Of a stretch of DNA of 64,000 bases, positions 10,401-16,851 are shown one piece after another. Position 1 is the first letter of the stretch. The number at the start of each line of letters is the position of its first letter. Source of the stretch: Bacteroidota bacterium. Lineage in GTDB: Bacteria; Bacteroidota; Bacteroidia; 2-12-FULL-35-15. The DNA lies in NCBI GenBank assembly GCA_025963775.1, contig JAOQAD010000016.1:1741-65740 (forward strand), written 5' to 3'. A program made the position numbers and the translations under genes. Under the pieces are notes generated by a model that worked only from the letters and a program-made list of their open reading frames with translations, made no database searches and was not told the DNA's origin.

Positions 10401-10747
10401 GCGGCACGTATTACGTAACGGTGAGCGACAGCATGGGCCTCTGTTCCAAAACATCTGCAGTGTTTGTCGGGATCAATGAAACAAGCAGTATCGGCATCAG
10501 CTACAATCTATATCCGAATCCCAACCATGGAACAGGAACATTGTCGGTGGTAACGGAAGAGAATTCAGAATTGCTCCTGGAGATCACTGACGTGCTGGGC
10601 AAGCTGATCCATACAGAAAAGATCACCGCGAAAGCACACCAGGCATCGGAAAGTATGATCGACCTTTCAGCGTATAGAAAAGGCATGTACCTGCTGAAGC
10701 TGAGCAATGAGAAGGGAAGCACATCAGAAAAAATAATCGTTTACTAA
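7490..10747 (+). CDS. Secreted BNR/Asp-box beta-propeller protein with PKD and Ig-like domains and T9SS type-A C-terminal sorting domain
   Basis: Start moved to ATG7490 (MLRKLSFLLACLFIFQLAPAQ). At least 9 Asp-boxes (STDGGITW, STDAGITW, SSDGGSTF, TDNGGSSW, VDGGGSW, STDLGNTW, TTDGGANW, SDDGGATW). PKD-like TVQYTDSSTNSPTAWSWTFPGG. C-terminus YPNPNHGTGTLSV...GMYLLKLSNEKGSTSEKIIVY. Confidence 0.85.
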   Translation: MLRKLSFLLACLFIFQLAPAQDWIRKMNDPSVNFYDVQSSFNRYWKKEERKEKLRSFFSPRRETEEENEGLILYKRWENFVEPRVYPSGDRSLLLNNALELEKIITSHSYRSSRQAGGNWQPLGAFTVPASGGGAGRLNCVRFNPLNPTITYAGAPVGGLWVSNGSGWTTNTDGLPTLGVNDIAVDPTDASIMYLATGDMDANDSFGVGVLKSTDGGITWNITGLNTLVSQGRYVSRVLINPNDHNMVFAGTSLGLFKSTDAGITWTKTLNSNPIKDMEFKPGNPNVIYAVASKTFYRSTNTGDSFSPVTVGLPVGTSVNRAAIAVTAADPDYVYIVFSNAISNGFYGFYRSSDGGSTFTTRATSPNLLGWDPNGSDSDGQGWYTLSIAASPVNKDEVMVGGVNVWKTDNGGSSWNITGHWYGAGSIPYVHADIHDLVYRPDGSACYASCDGGIFETVDGGGSWQDKSDGLQIGQMYRLGGAATNANLVIQGWQDNGTNLYSSGSWARTIGGDGFECFIDWSNDNNMFGEIYYGDIQRSTNGGLSFSGIKNNITEDGDWNTPWQQDPIDPQTLYAAYKNVWKSTDLGNTWTAISTFGGGNLKAMAVAPSDPNYIYVTNGSTITKTTDGGANWNTVSYPLAGVDAITYLAVSATNPNKFWITRSGYSSDNKVYRSDDGGATWINLSLGLPNLPVNCVVSQTGTNDGIYVGLDAGVYYRDNAQTSWLPYSNGLPNTVIDELEIHYGSGKLRAATYGRGLWESAIYDPSATTPFANFVADTTSGCPGLTVQYTDSSTNSPTAWSWTFPGGSPSSSTLQNPIVTYSTPGLYHDVKLVVTNASGSDSATKYSYIAISPHIIPTITLNNNDSICTGTSVQLKGSYAQTYSWVPTGQTAYLITVNTTGTYSVNVKDAFGCMTSSLPVDIYVFPAVPTPTITVVGDTLFSSASSGNQWYYNGSAISGATSPSYVMTTTGGTYYVTVSDSMGLCSKTSAVFVGINETSSIGISYNLYPNPNHGTGTLSVVTEENSELLLEITDVLGKLIHTEKITAKAHQASESMIDLSAYRKGMYLLKLSNEKGSTSEKIIVY

Positions 10748-10776
10748 TGATTTAAATTATTTGCAAAAGATCATCT

Positions 10777-12867
10777 ATGAGATTTTCTAAGCTGTTTATC
10801 TTCTTTTTTATCTTTTCCTTCCCCGGCTTGTTTGCGCAGCCCGGCATCGATTCCCTTCAGGCCGTTTTGGCAAAGGCTGCTGCGGATACTACGCGCATCC
10901 ACATTTTGTCCGAAATGGCGGGCATTTATTTTAAAGATAACAATTTTGAAAAGACACGGGAGTGTGCCGTTAAAATAGTGGAGCTCTCCGGGAAAACAGC
11001 CAGCATCAAAGGCCAGGCAAGGGCTTACGAGATCTTCGGATTGCTTGATGATTCCAAAAGCGACTTTGAAGCCGCCCTCGAAAATTACAACCACTCCATC
11101 CTCCTGTACGAAAAAGAAGGCGATGCATATCACATTGCGATCCTTCACCAGGACATTGCAAATGCCTATTACAGCCTCGGCACAAACGACAAGGCACTGA
11201 AGCATTACATCGAATCGCTGAAGCTCCGGGAGCAGATGGGCGACAGCAGCGCCATGGCAAGCTCTTACATGGGCATGAGCAATGTATACGGACAGATGAA
11301 CCGGCACGACCTTGCGCTTGACTTCGCTAAGAAAGCGCTTCGCCTCAAGCAAAAATACAATGAGCAGCGCATGGTGTCATGGCTGCTGAACAATGTCGGC
11401 GCCATCTATCTTGAAAGCGGCGATACGGCTTCGGCCCTGCCTTATTATTTCAGATCTGTGGAATTGAAGAAGCAGCTGAATGATCAGTATGGCCTGGCAA
11501 CAACGTATAAGAACATCGGGACGATCCACCTGCGCAAAAAACAATATGGAACAGCGCTTGATTATTACCGCCGGGCCCTTGACATCCGCATGAAGCTCAA
11601 TCCCGATGATGCTTATGAAATGGCGGTTTGTTTTGATGACATCGGTTCGGTGTACATGGACATGTCGGTGAACGACAGCGCCGTTTATTACTTTGGCAAA
11701 GCCATTGAGCTGGGCGAAAAAGTTAACTCCTACGAGCTGCTGCGCTTGCCTTATTCCAACATGGCGCAGGTGCTTGCAAAAAAAGGCGATTACGAAGAGG
11801 CATACAGGTACGAGCTGAAGTACCGCGCTGCAAAGGATTCAACGCTGAGCAGCGAAACGAATGCGCTCATGACCGAGATGGCGGCGAAGTATGACAATGA
11901 AAAAAAAGAGCAGCGGATCGCCCTTCAGGAGCTGGAGATCAGCGACCAGAAAAAAACGAACATCCTTGTTATTGCCATTGCCGCATTTGCAGTGCTGCTT
12001 GCCTTTGTAATGCTGCGCGGCTACCTCAGCAAAAAGAAAGCAAATCAGCTGCTGCAGGAAAAGAACGCGCTGATCGAGCATCAGAAGGCGCTCGTGGAAG
12101 AAAAGAACAAGGACATTACCGATAGCATTCATTACGCACAGCGCATCCAGAGAGCCATCCTGCCTTCCGCAGAATACCAGCAAAAGCTGATCCCGGATTC
12201 GTTTACGCTGTTCAAACCCAAAGACATTGTCAGCGGTGATTTTTACTGGATGGAGCAATGGAAGGACAAAATCATCATTGCTGTTGTGGATTGTACGGGA
12301 CACGGCGTTCCGGGTGCATTCATGACCTTCGTATCGTACAGCCTGTTGAATGAAGCCGTGCTGGAGCATGGCATTAGTGATCCCGCGGCCATCCTGGATG
12401 AGATGCGGAAGAACCTGAACAGGATGCTGCGCCAAAAGAATGATGCGGAAGCATTAAAGGATGGAATGGATATTTCCATTTGCGTGTTTGACAGGAATGC
12501 AATGACGCTTGAATATGCAGGCGCTTACAATCCATTGTGGCTTGTACGCAATGAAAAGCTGGTGGAAACGAAAGCGGATAAGCAGCCGATCGGCGTATTT
12601 ACCGGTGAAGAGGAGAAGCCATTCACCGGTCACCGGATCTCTCTTGAAAAAGGGGATATGATCTATTTGTTTACCGATGGCTATGCAGACCAGTTCGGGG
12701 GTGATAAAGGGAAAAAATTCAAGTATAAATCTTTGCAGGAATTATTGATCGCTATTCACCACAAGCCTGCAGGAGATCAGAAAGCAGATCTTGAGCGTTC
12801 ATTTGAAAACTGGAAGGGCAGGCTGGAGCAATTGGATGATGTGTGTATCTTCGGTATGAGGATTTAA
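10777..12867 (+). CDS. TPR-repeat, membrane-anchored PP2C/SpoIIE-family protein phosphatase (RsbU-like)
   Basis: Signal-like N-terminus and about 8 TPR-like repeats (AYYSLG, ALKHYIESL...). One TM helix (ILVIAIAAFAVLLAFVML). SpoIIE core SGDFYWMEQ...AVVDCTGHGVPGAFM...FTDGYADQFGG. Confidence 0.85.
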   Translation: MRFSKLFIFFFIFSFPGLFAQPGIDSLQAVLAKAAADTTRIHILSEMAGIYFKDNNFEKTRECAVKIVELSGKTASIKGQARAYEIFGLLDDSKSDFEAALENYNHSILLYEKEGDAYHIAILHQDIANAYYSLGTNDKALKHYIESLKLREQMGDSSAMASSYMGMSNVYGQMNRHDLALDFAKKALRLKQKYNEQRMVSWLLNNVGAIYLESGDTASALPYYFRSVELKKQLNDQYGLATTYKNIGTIHLRKKQYGTALDYYRRALDIRMKLNPDDAYEMAVCFDDIGSVYMDMSVNDSAVYYFGKAIELGEKVNSYELLRLPYSNMAQVLAKKGDYEEAYRYELKYRAAKDSTLSSETNALMTEMAAKYDNEKKEQRIALQELEISDQKKTNILVIAIAAFAVLLAFVMLRGYLSKKKANQLLQEKNALIEHQKALVEEKNKDITDSIHYAQRIQRAILPSAEYQQKLIPDSFTLFKPKDIVSGDFYWMEQWKDKIIIAVVDCTGHGVPGAFMTFVSYSLLNEAVLEHGISDPAAILDEMRKNLNRMLRQKNDAEALKDGMDISICVFDRNAMTLEYAGAYNPLWLVRNEKLVETKADKQPIGVFTGEEEKPFTGHRISLEKGDMIYLFTDGYADQFGGDKGKKFKYKSLQELLIAIHHKPAGDQKADLERSFENWKGRLEQLDDVCIFGMRI

Positions 12868-12868
12868 A

Positions 12869-13582
12869 TCAAAACCCCAGGTAATAATCCTTCGTCAGCT
12901 CCTTATACGCATCCGTATAGGAATGCCTTTCATCTTCTTCAATCGTAATGGAATCTTCGGAGAATGATTTGCGTGTGAACTCAAAGCGCATCAGCCAGCG
13001 CTTTTCAGGCTTGTCTGTGCGCGTGATCACGCGTGTAAGCTTGGTGAGAAATAATTTATGCTCTTCGGCAAGGTCCCTGAACTGTTCGCTTTCCTTGGTA
13101 GGCAGGATCACATAAAACTTCCCGTTCGGGTTCAGCAATGCAAGCACGCCTTTCAACAGGTCGTCGTAAGGCAATTGATCAGTATGCCGCGCGTTGCTCC
13201 GCGATTCTTCCGATGCTTTTGAGGAATCAATAAAATAAGGAGGATTGCTCACCACCAGGTCGTATTTCTGGTCATGTTCTTTTACGAACTGCTGCAGCGA
13301 AATGTGGTGGACATGAATGTGCTCTTTCCATTTGCAGGCAGCCACATTCTCAGTTGCCTGGATGTAGGCGTTGTTGTCGATATCGATCGCGTCGATCATC
13401 GCGTTGGAGCGCTGTGCAAGCATCAGGGCGATAATGCCTGTACCTGTACCGATGTCAAGAATGGAATTGGCGTTGGCGGTATTTACCCATGAACCCAGCA
13501 GAACAGCATCTGTGCCGACCTTCATCGCGCACTTGTCCTGCATTATTTTGAATTGTTTAAAAACAAATTCCTGGCTCGCCAT
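12869..13582 (-). CDS. tRNA1(Val) adenine37-N6 methyltransferase (YfiC/TrmN6-like)
   Basis: FVFKQFKIMQDKCAMKVGTDAVLLGSW closely resembles E. coli YfiC. SAM motif ILDIGTGTGIIALMLA and catalytic VVSNPPYF. Confidence 0.75.
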   Translation of the reverse strand: MASQEFVFKQFKIMQDKCAMKVGTDAVLLGSWVNTANANSILDIGTGTGIIALMLAQRSNAMIDAIDIDNNAYIQATENVAACKWKEHIHVHHISLQQFVKEHDQKYDLVVSNPPYFIDSSKASEESRSNARHTDQLPYDDLLKGVLALLNPNGKFYVILPTKESEQFRDLAEEHKLFLTKLTRVITRTDKPEKRWLMRFEFTRKSFSEDSITIEEDERHSYTDAYKELTKDYYLGF

Positions 13583-13665
13583 AAAAGTTCATTAAGGCTG
13601 GAAGCGTTAATGGTTTGGGTTTAAATCTGTAATAAAGTTAATCTAAATTATTCAGAAAACAAGTT

Positions 13666-14229
13666 TTATTCATTTTCCTCTTTGTCTTCCTCCTTGTCCG
13701 GCTGGGGAGCGAGGTAAATATCAATGAGGCCTTCCGGCGCGCTCAGTTCTATGGTTTTCGCAGCCCGGTCGATGCTGATGATGAAATCATCCTTCACCGG
13801 GATGAGGATCTCCGTTTCTCCTTTTTTGATCTGGAACAGGGCCTGTGTAGGATAATCAAGAACGTTGCGGATGATGCCGATGTCGCCATACACTTTGTCT
13901 TTAACGGCAAAGCCCAGCACTTCATGGTAATAGAATTTTTTTCCCTTCAGCGGGGGCAGGAAGCTCAATGGAAGGTACAATGAGTTGCGCGTGATCTGCT
14001 CAGCCCTTTCGGTGGTGTTCACCCCGTCGAAGCTCACTTTTGCACCATTGCCTCTCAGCTCGATGTGTGTGATGAAAAAAGGCACCAGCTCTTTGTTGAT
14101 CTCCACGAAGATCGATTCGAGCTTGCGGTAGCGGCTTACATCATCCACATCCAGGATCAGCAGCAGCTCTCCTTTGTTGCCAACGGTCTTTGAAATATAC
14201 CCGAGGTTAAAACATTCGTCTTTATTCAT
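13666..14229 (-). CDS. rimM: 16S rRNA processing protein RimM
   Basis: ECFNLGYISKTVGNKGEL N-terminal beta-barrel and a PRC-barrel C-terminal half. Acidic tail. Lies downstream of rpsP. Confidence 0.85.
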   Translation of the reverse strand: MNKDECFNLGYISKTVGNKGELLLILDVDDVSRYRKLESIFVEINKELVPFFITHIELRGNGAKVSFDGVNTTERAEQITRNSLYLPLSFLPPLKGKKFYYHEVLGFAVKDKVYGDIGIIRNVLDYPTQALFQIKKGETEILIPVKDDFIISIDRAAKTIELSAPEGLIDIYLAPQPDKEEDKEENE

Positions 14230-14234
14230 GCTCT

Positions 14235-14756
14235 TTAATTCTGTTCAAGTATTAATTGTAAATGCCCGCAATGCTGTTTTCCGTGCCATGCGTAGAGGAC
14301 AATGAATTCATCCAGCCGGAATTCGCGCTTGTATTCAGGGTGAATGTATTTTTTGGAAAAGTCACTTTCGCTCATCGCTTTCAGCACATAGATCCAGCGC
14401 TCGTGGATGGCTTCCACCATTTTCAGCGAGGAAGCTATAGGTGCATGGGTTGCATCTTCCAGTTCGCTCCAGGCATCCTGGTCGTAAGGCTTGATCACCG
14501 GGGAGTTTTCCGTCAGTGCCAGCTTCACGCGGATCAGGGCGTTGGAATGGCTGTCGGCAATGTGGTGAATGATCTGCCTGGCGTTCCATCCGCCCGGGCG
14601 GTAGCTTTTTTCCAGCTGCTCATTGCTGAGTGCTGCTGCAAGCGCGTTCAGTTGTTCAGGCAATGCTGCAATGGCCGCGATGTGCCTTTCAGTGTCACTT
14701 TTCGAATAGGTTTTGCCGTATTCAAATCTTCCGTAAGGATATTTTAAGTGTTCCAT
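14235..14756 (-). CDS. YfiT/DinB_2-family metal-dependent (thiol-)transferase-like protein
   Basis: Collinear with my recollection of B. subtilis YfiT: YPYGRF..., GGWNARQIIHHIADSHSNALIRVKLALTE, PYDQDAWSEL, WHGKQHCGHL (His triad). Confidence 0.8.
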   Translation of the reverse strand: MEHLKYPYGRFEYGKTYSKSDTERHIAAIAALPEQLNALAAALSNEQLEKSYRPGGWNARQIIHHIADSHSNALIRVKLALTENSPVIKPYDQDAWSELEDATHAPIASSLKMVEAIHERWIYVLKAMSESDFSKKYIHPEYKREFRLDEFIVLYAWHGKQHCGHLQLILEQN

Positions 14757-14759
14757 GCG

Positions 14760-15092
14760 TTATTGGTTCGGTTCACAGCATTGCGAATAAAATGCAGAAG
14801 CCATCAGTGCTGTGAAAGAGCTGATGAGCACAAGCTGAATGGCAAGGAGCCAGATAAATTCTTTTGTTGTCCTTTTTTCGAGGCGCCGCTCCGCAAGATA
14901 ATTCAGTATGGTTATTACTGTAAGATATACAAGATAAACGAAAGACAGGTCGCATACCACATTGGTGACCGTAGCAGGCGCCCTTTCGCAGCCAGGGTAA
15001 TTTACAGTGAGGCCGAAGCCAACAACTGCAATGCAGCACATCCCTGCCAGGCCTGCGATATTCACTATATATTTAATGATCCTAAACAGCAT
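14760..15092 (-). CDS. Small Cys-rich integral membrane protein (3 predicted TM helices), unknown function
   Basis: Three hydrophobic helices and paired cysteines (GMCC, PGCE, VVCD, C-terminal QCCEPNQ). 3-nt gap to the next gene. Confidence 0.5.
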   Translation of the reverse strand: MLFRIIKYIVNIAGLAGMCCIAVVGFGLTVNYPGCERAPATVTNVVCDLSFVYLVYLTVITILNYLAERRLEKRTTKEFIWLLAIQLVLISSFTALMASAFYSQCCEPNQ

Positions 15093-15134
15093 ATAAAAAC
15101 AAAATAGGCATCCTTTTTATAAAGAATGCCTATT
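15093..15134 (-). terminator. Intrinsic terminator/attenuator after rpsP
   Basis: On the minus strand, AATAGGCAT-N14-ATGCCTATT is followed by TTGTTTTTAT. The U-tract runs into ATG15092 of the next gene. Confidence 0.6.
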
Positions 15135-15154
15135 GAGATAATGTATTCAAAAAA

Positions 15155-15685
15155 TTATGCTTCTGCTTCTGGTGTTGCAGGTGCTTCCGCTTCCGGTGCT
15201 GCTGTTTCTTCAACTGCTGCAGGAGGAGGAGTGTTTTTTGCTTCAATTTTGGCAGCTTTAGCAGCTTTAGCTTCTGCTTCAGCAGTCATGCGTTTTTTGT
15301 ACGCATCTTTCTTCGCATTGTCAAGCTTGCTTACTTTGCCTTCAACTTTTGCATCTTTTTCAGAAACCCATTTTGCAAATTTTGCATCTGCCTGTTCCTG
15401 TGTTAATGCGCCTTTTGTAACGCCACCCTGTAAGTGGTTCCTGTAAAGGATCCCTTTGTAAGAAAGGATCGCACGGCAGGTGTCTGTAGGCTGTGCACCA
15501 TTGTTTAACCATGTAAGCGCTTTGTCGCTGTCGATTAAAATGGTTGCAGGATTTGTAGTTGGGTTGTACGTACCAATTTTCTCAATGAACTTTCCATCAC
15601 GAGGTGCACGACCATCCGCAATTACAATATGGAAGAAAGCCGCAGCTTTTTTACCATGACGCTGTAATCTGATTTTTACTGGCAT
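15155..15685 (-). CDS. rpsP: 30S ribosomal protein S16 with Ala/Glu/Lys-rich C-terminal extension
   Basis: MPVKIRLQRHGKKAAAFFHIVIADGRAPRDGKFIEKIGTYNP is canonical S16. The low-complexity tail is AEAEAKAAKAAK...PEAEA. Confidence 0.95.
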   Translation of the reverse strand: MPVKIRLQRHGKKAAAFFHIVIADGRAPRDGKFIEKIGTYNPTTNPATILIDSDKALTWLNNGAQPTDTCRAILSYKGILYRNHLQGGVTKGALTQEQADAKFAKWVSEKDAKVEGKVSKLDNAKKDAYKKRMTAEAEAKAAKAAKIEAKNTPPPAAVEETAAPEAEAPATPEAEA

Positions 15686-15761
15686 TGTTTTTTGTTTTTT
15701 ATGTCCGGCTTACTCGAAACCCGACTGATTAATAATTGTTCCCCAACTAATTTTGGGAGGG

Positions 15762-15769
15762 CAAAGATA
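15762..15769 (-). promoter_or_regulatory. Candidate rpsP -7 box (TATCTTTG) with a TTTG 20 nt upstream
   Basis: Minus strand reads GAATACATTTGTATCCTTTC GAATACATTTGTATCTTTGC. The TAnnTTTG match is in the proximal unit and a TTTG lies in the distal unit, giving the Bacteroidota -33/-7 architecture. Confidence 0.5.
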
Positions 15770-15800
15770 CAAATGTATTCGAAAGGATACAAATGTATTC
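15766..15800. promoter_or_regulatory. Two tandem 15-bp operator-like sites GATACAAATGTATTC, 20-bp period
   Basis: Identical 15-mers at 15766-15780 and 15786-15800, each containing the inverted repeat ATACA-N2-TGTAT. They lie in the divergent rpsP/usp intergenic region. Confidence 0.6.
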
Positions 15801-15940
15801 CTGAAAATACAGCATATTTAGCATTAATTATCTGTAAATCCCTTATTCTCAGCACAAGACAGATAAAGCGAAAGTCACCTAAACAGCTTGTTTTATCAGA
15901 CGAATTGCATAATTTTATTGTCAAACCGAACTTTTATTAG

Positions 15941-15948
15941 TACTTTTG
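15941..15948 (+). promoter_or_regulatory. Candidate -7 box TACTTTTG for the usp gene
   Basis: Exact TAnnTTTG match 21 nt upstream of ATG15969. Confidence 0.5.
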
Positions 15949-15968
15949 CAAAAAATTAATCATATACT

Positions 15969-16790
15969 ATGTCAAATCCAACATCATCCATTTTAGTTCC
16001 AATTGATTCAACCGAACAAACCATTATCGCATTAGGCCAATCTTATAACCTTGCCCGCCTCACCAACTCAAAGATCGTATTATTGAGCATTGACGAAGGA
16101 AATCCACCGTTTATACAAAAAAAACTGGATGAGCTGGCAAAAGAAACTTCGGCAAAAGCGGGTGTTCCGGTAGAAACAATGGTGCGTAAAGGAAATGTGT
16201 ACGAGGAGATCAATAAAGTGGCGGATGTGATCAATCCTTTATTTGTGATGATCGGCTTATCTTCCAAGATCACCCTTGGAAAGATCATCGGCCAGAATGC
16301 CTTTAAAATGGTGCGTGAATCCAAACATCCTGTGATCACCATCCGCGGTAAAGTACACCGCGATGGCTGCAAAACTATCCTGCTGCCGCTTGACCTTACC
16401 AAAGAAACCCGCGAAAAAGTAAACAAAGCTGTAGAGCTTGCAAAAATATTCAATGCAGATATCCGCGTGATCTCCATCCTTACCCAAAAGGACGAAGAGG
16501 CAGAGAACAAACTGATCTCTTATTCCAACCAGGTTTGGAAATACATCAAGGACCAGGATGTACGCTGTACCATCAAAACACTTCGCGGAAACGATATCCC
16601 TCAAATGGTGCTCGATTACGGACATGAGGTGGAAGCAGACCTGATCCTGATCATGAGCAAGGCCGAATTGAGCATGAAGGAATTCTTCATCGGAACTGTT
16701 GCACAGCGCATCATCAACGAAAGCGATATTCCTGTAGTGAGCTACCGCCCGATGGAGCGTAAGGATACTTCGGTATTTACGCCGTACTAA
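15969..16790 (+). CDS. Universal stress protein (tandem UspA domains)
   Basis: Two Usp-like halves (ILVPIDSTEQ..., ILLPLDLTKETREK...), with the second ending LILIMSK...GTVAQRIINESDIPVV. Confidence 0.8.
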   Translation: MSNPTSSILVPIDSTEQTIIALGQSYNLARLTNSKIVLLSIDEGNPPFIQKKLDELAKETSAKAGVPVETMVRKGNVYEEINKVADVINPLFVMIGLSSKITLGKIIGQNAFKMVRESKHPVITIRGKVHRDGCKTILLPLDLTKETREKVNKAVELAKIFNADIRVISILTQKDEEAENKLISYSNQVWKYIKDQDVRCTIKTLRGNDIPQMVLDYGHEVEADLILIMSKAELSMKEFFIGTVAQRIINESDIPVVSYRPMERKDTSVFTPY

Positions 16791-16811
16791 TATTTTTTCA
16801 AAACAAATAAG

Positions 16812-16843
16812 AAAGCCTTTCCATTTGCGGAAAGGCTTTTTTT
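16812..16843. terminator. Bidirectional intrinsic terminator between convergent genes
   Basis: AAAGCCTTTCC-ATTTGC-GGAAAGGCTTT followed by a T-run and preceded by an A-rich tract. Confidence 0.7.
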
Positions 16844-16851
16844 ATGCCTGC

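Noticed and set aside
12865-12871. Convergent stop codons of the SpoIIE phosphatase and TrmN6-like genes separated by 1 nt, considered as a regulatory overlap.
   Set aside because: Tight convergent packing with no room for a terminator is noteworthy but common. I see no structure or motif there.
15126-15446. An Ala/Ser-rich 106-aa plus-strand ORF.
   Set aside because: It is the antisense reading of the low-complexity Ala/Glu/Lys tail of S16 and a compositional artefact.
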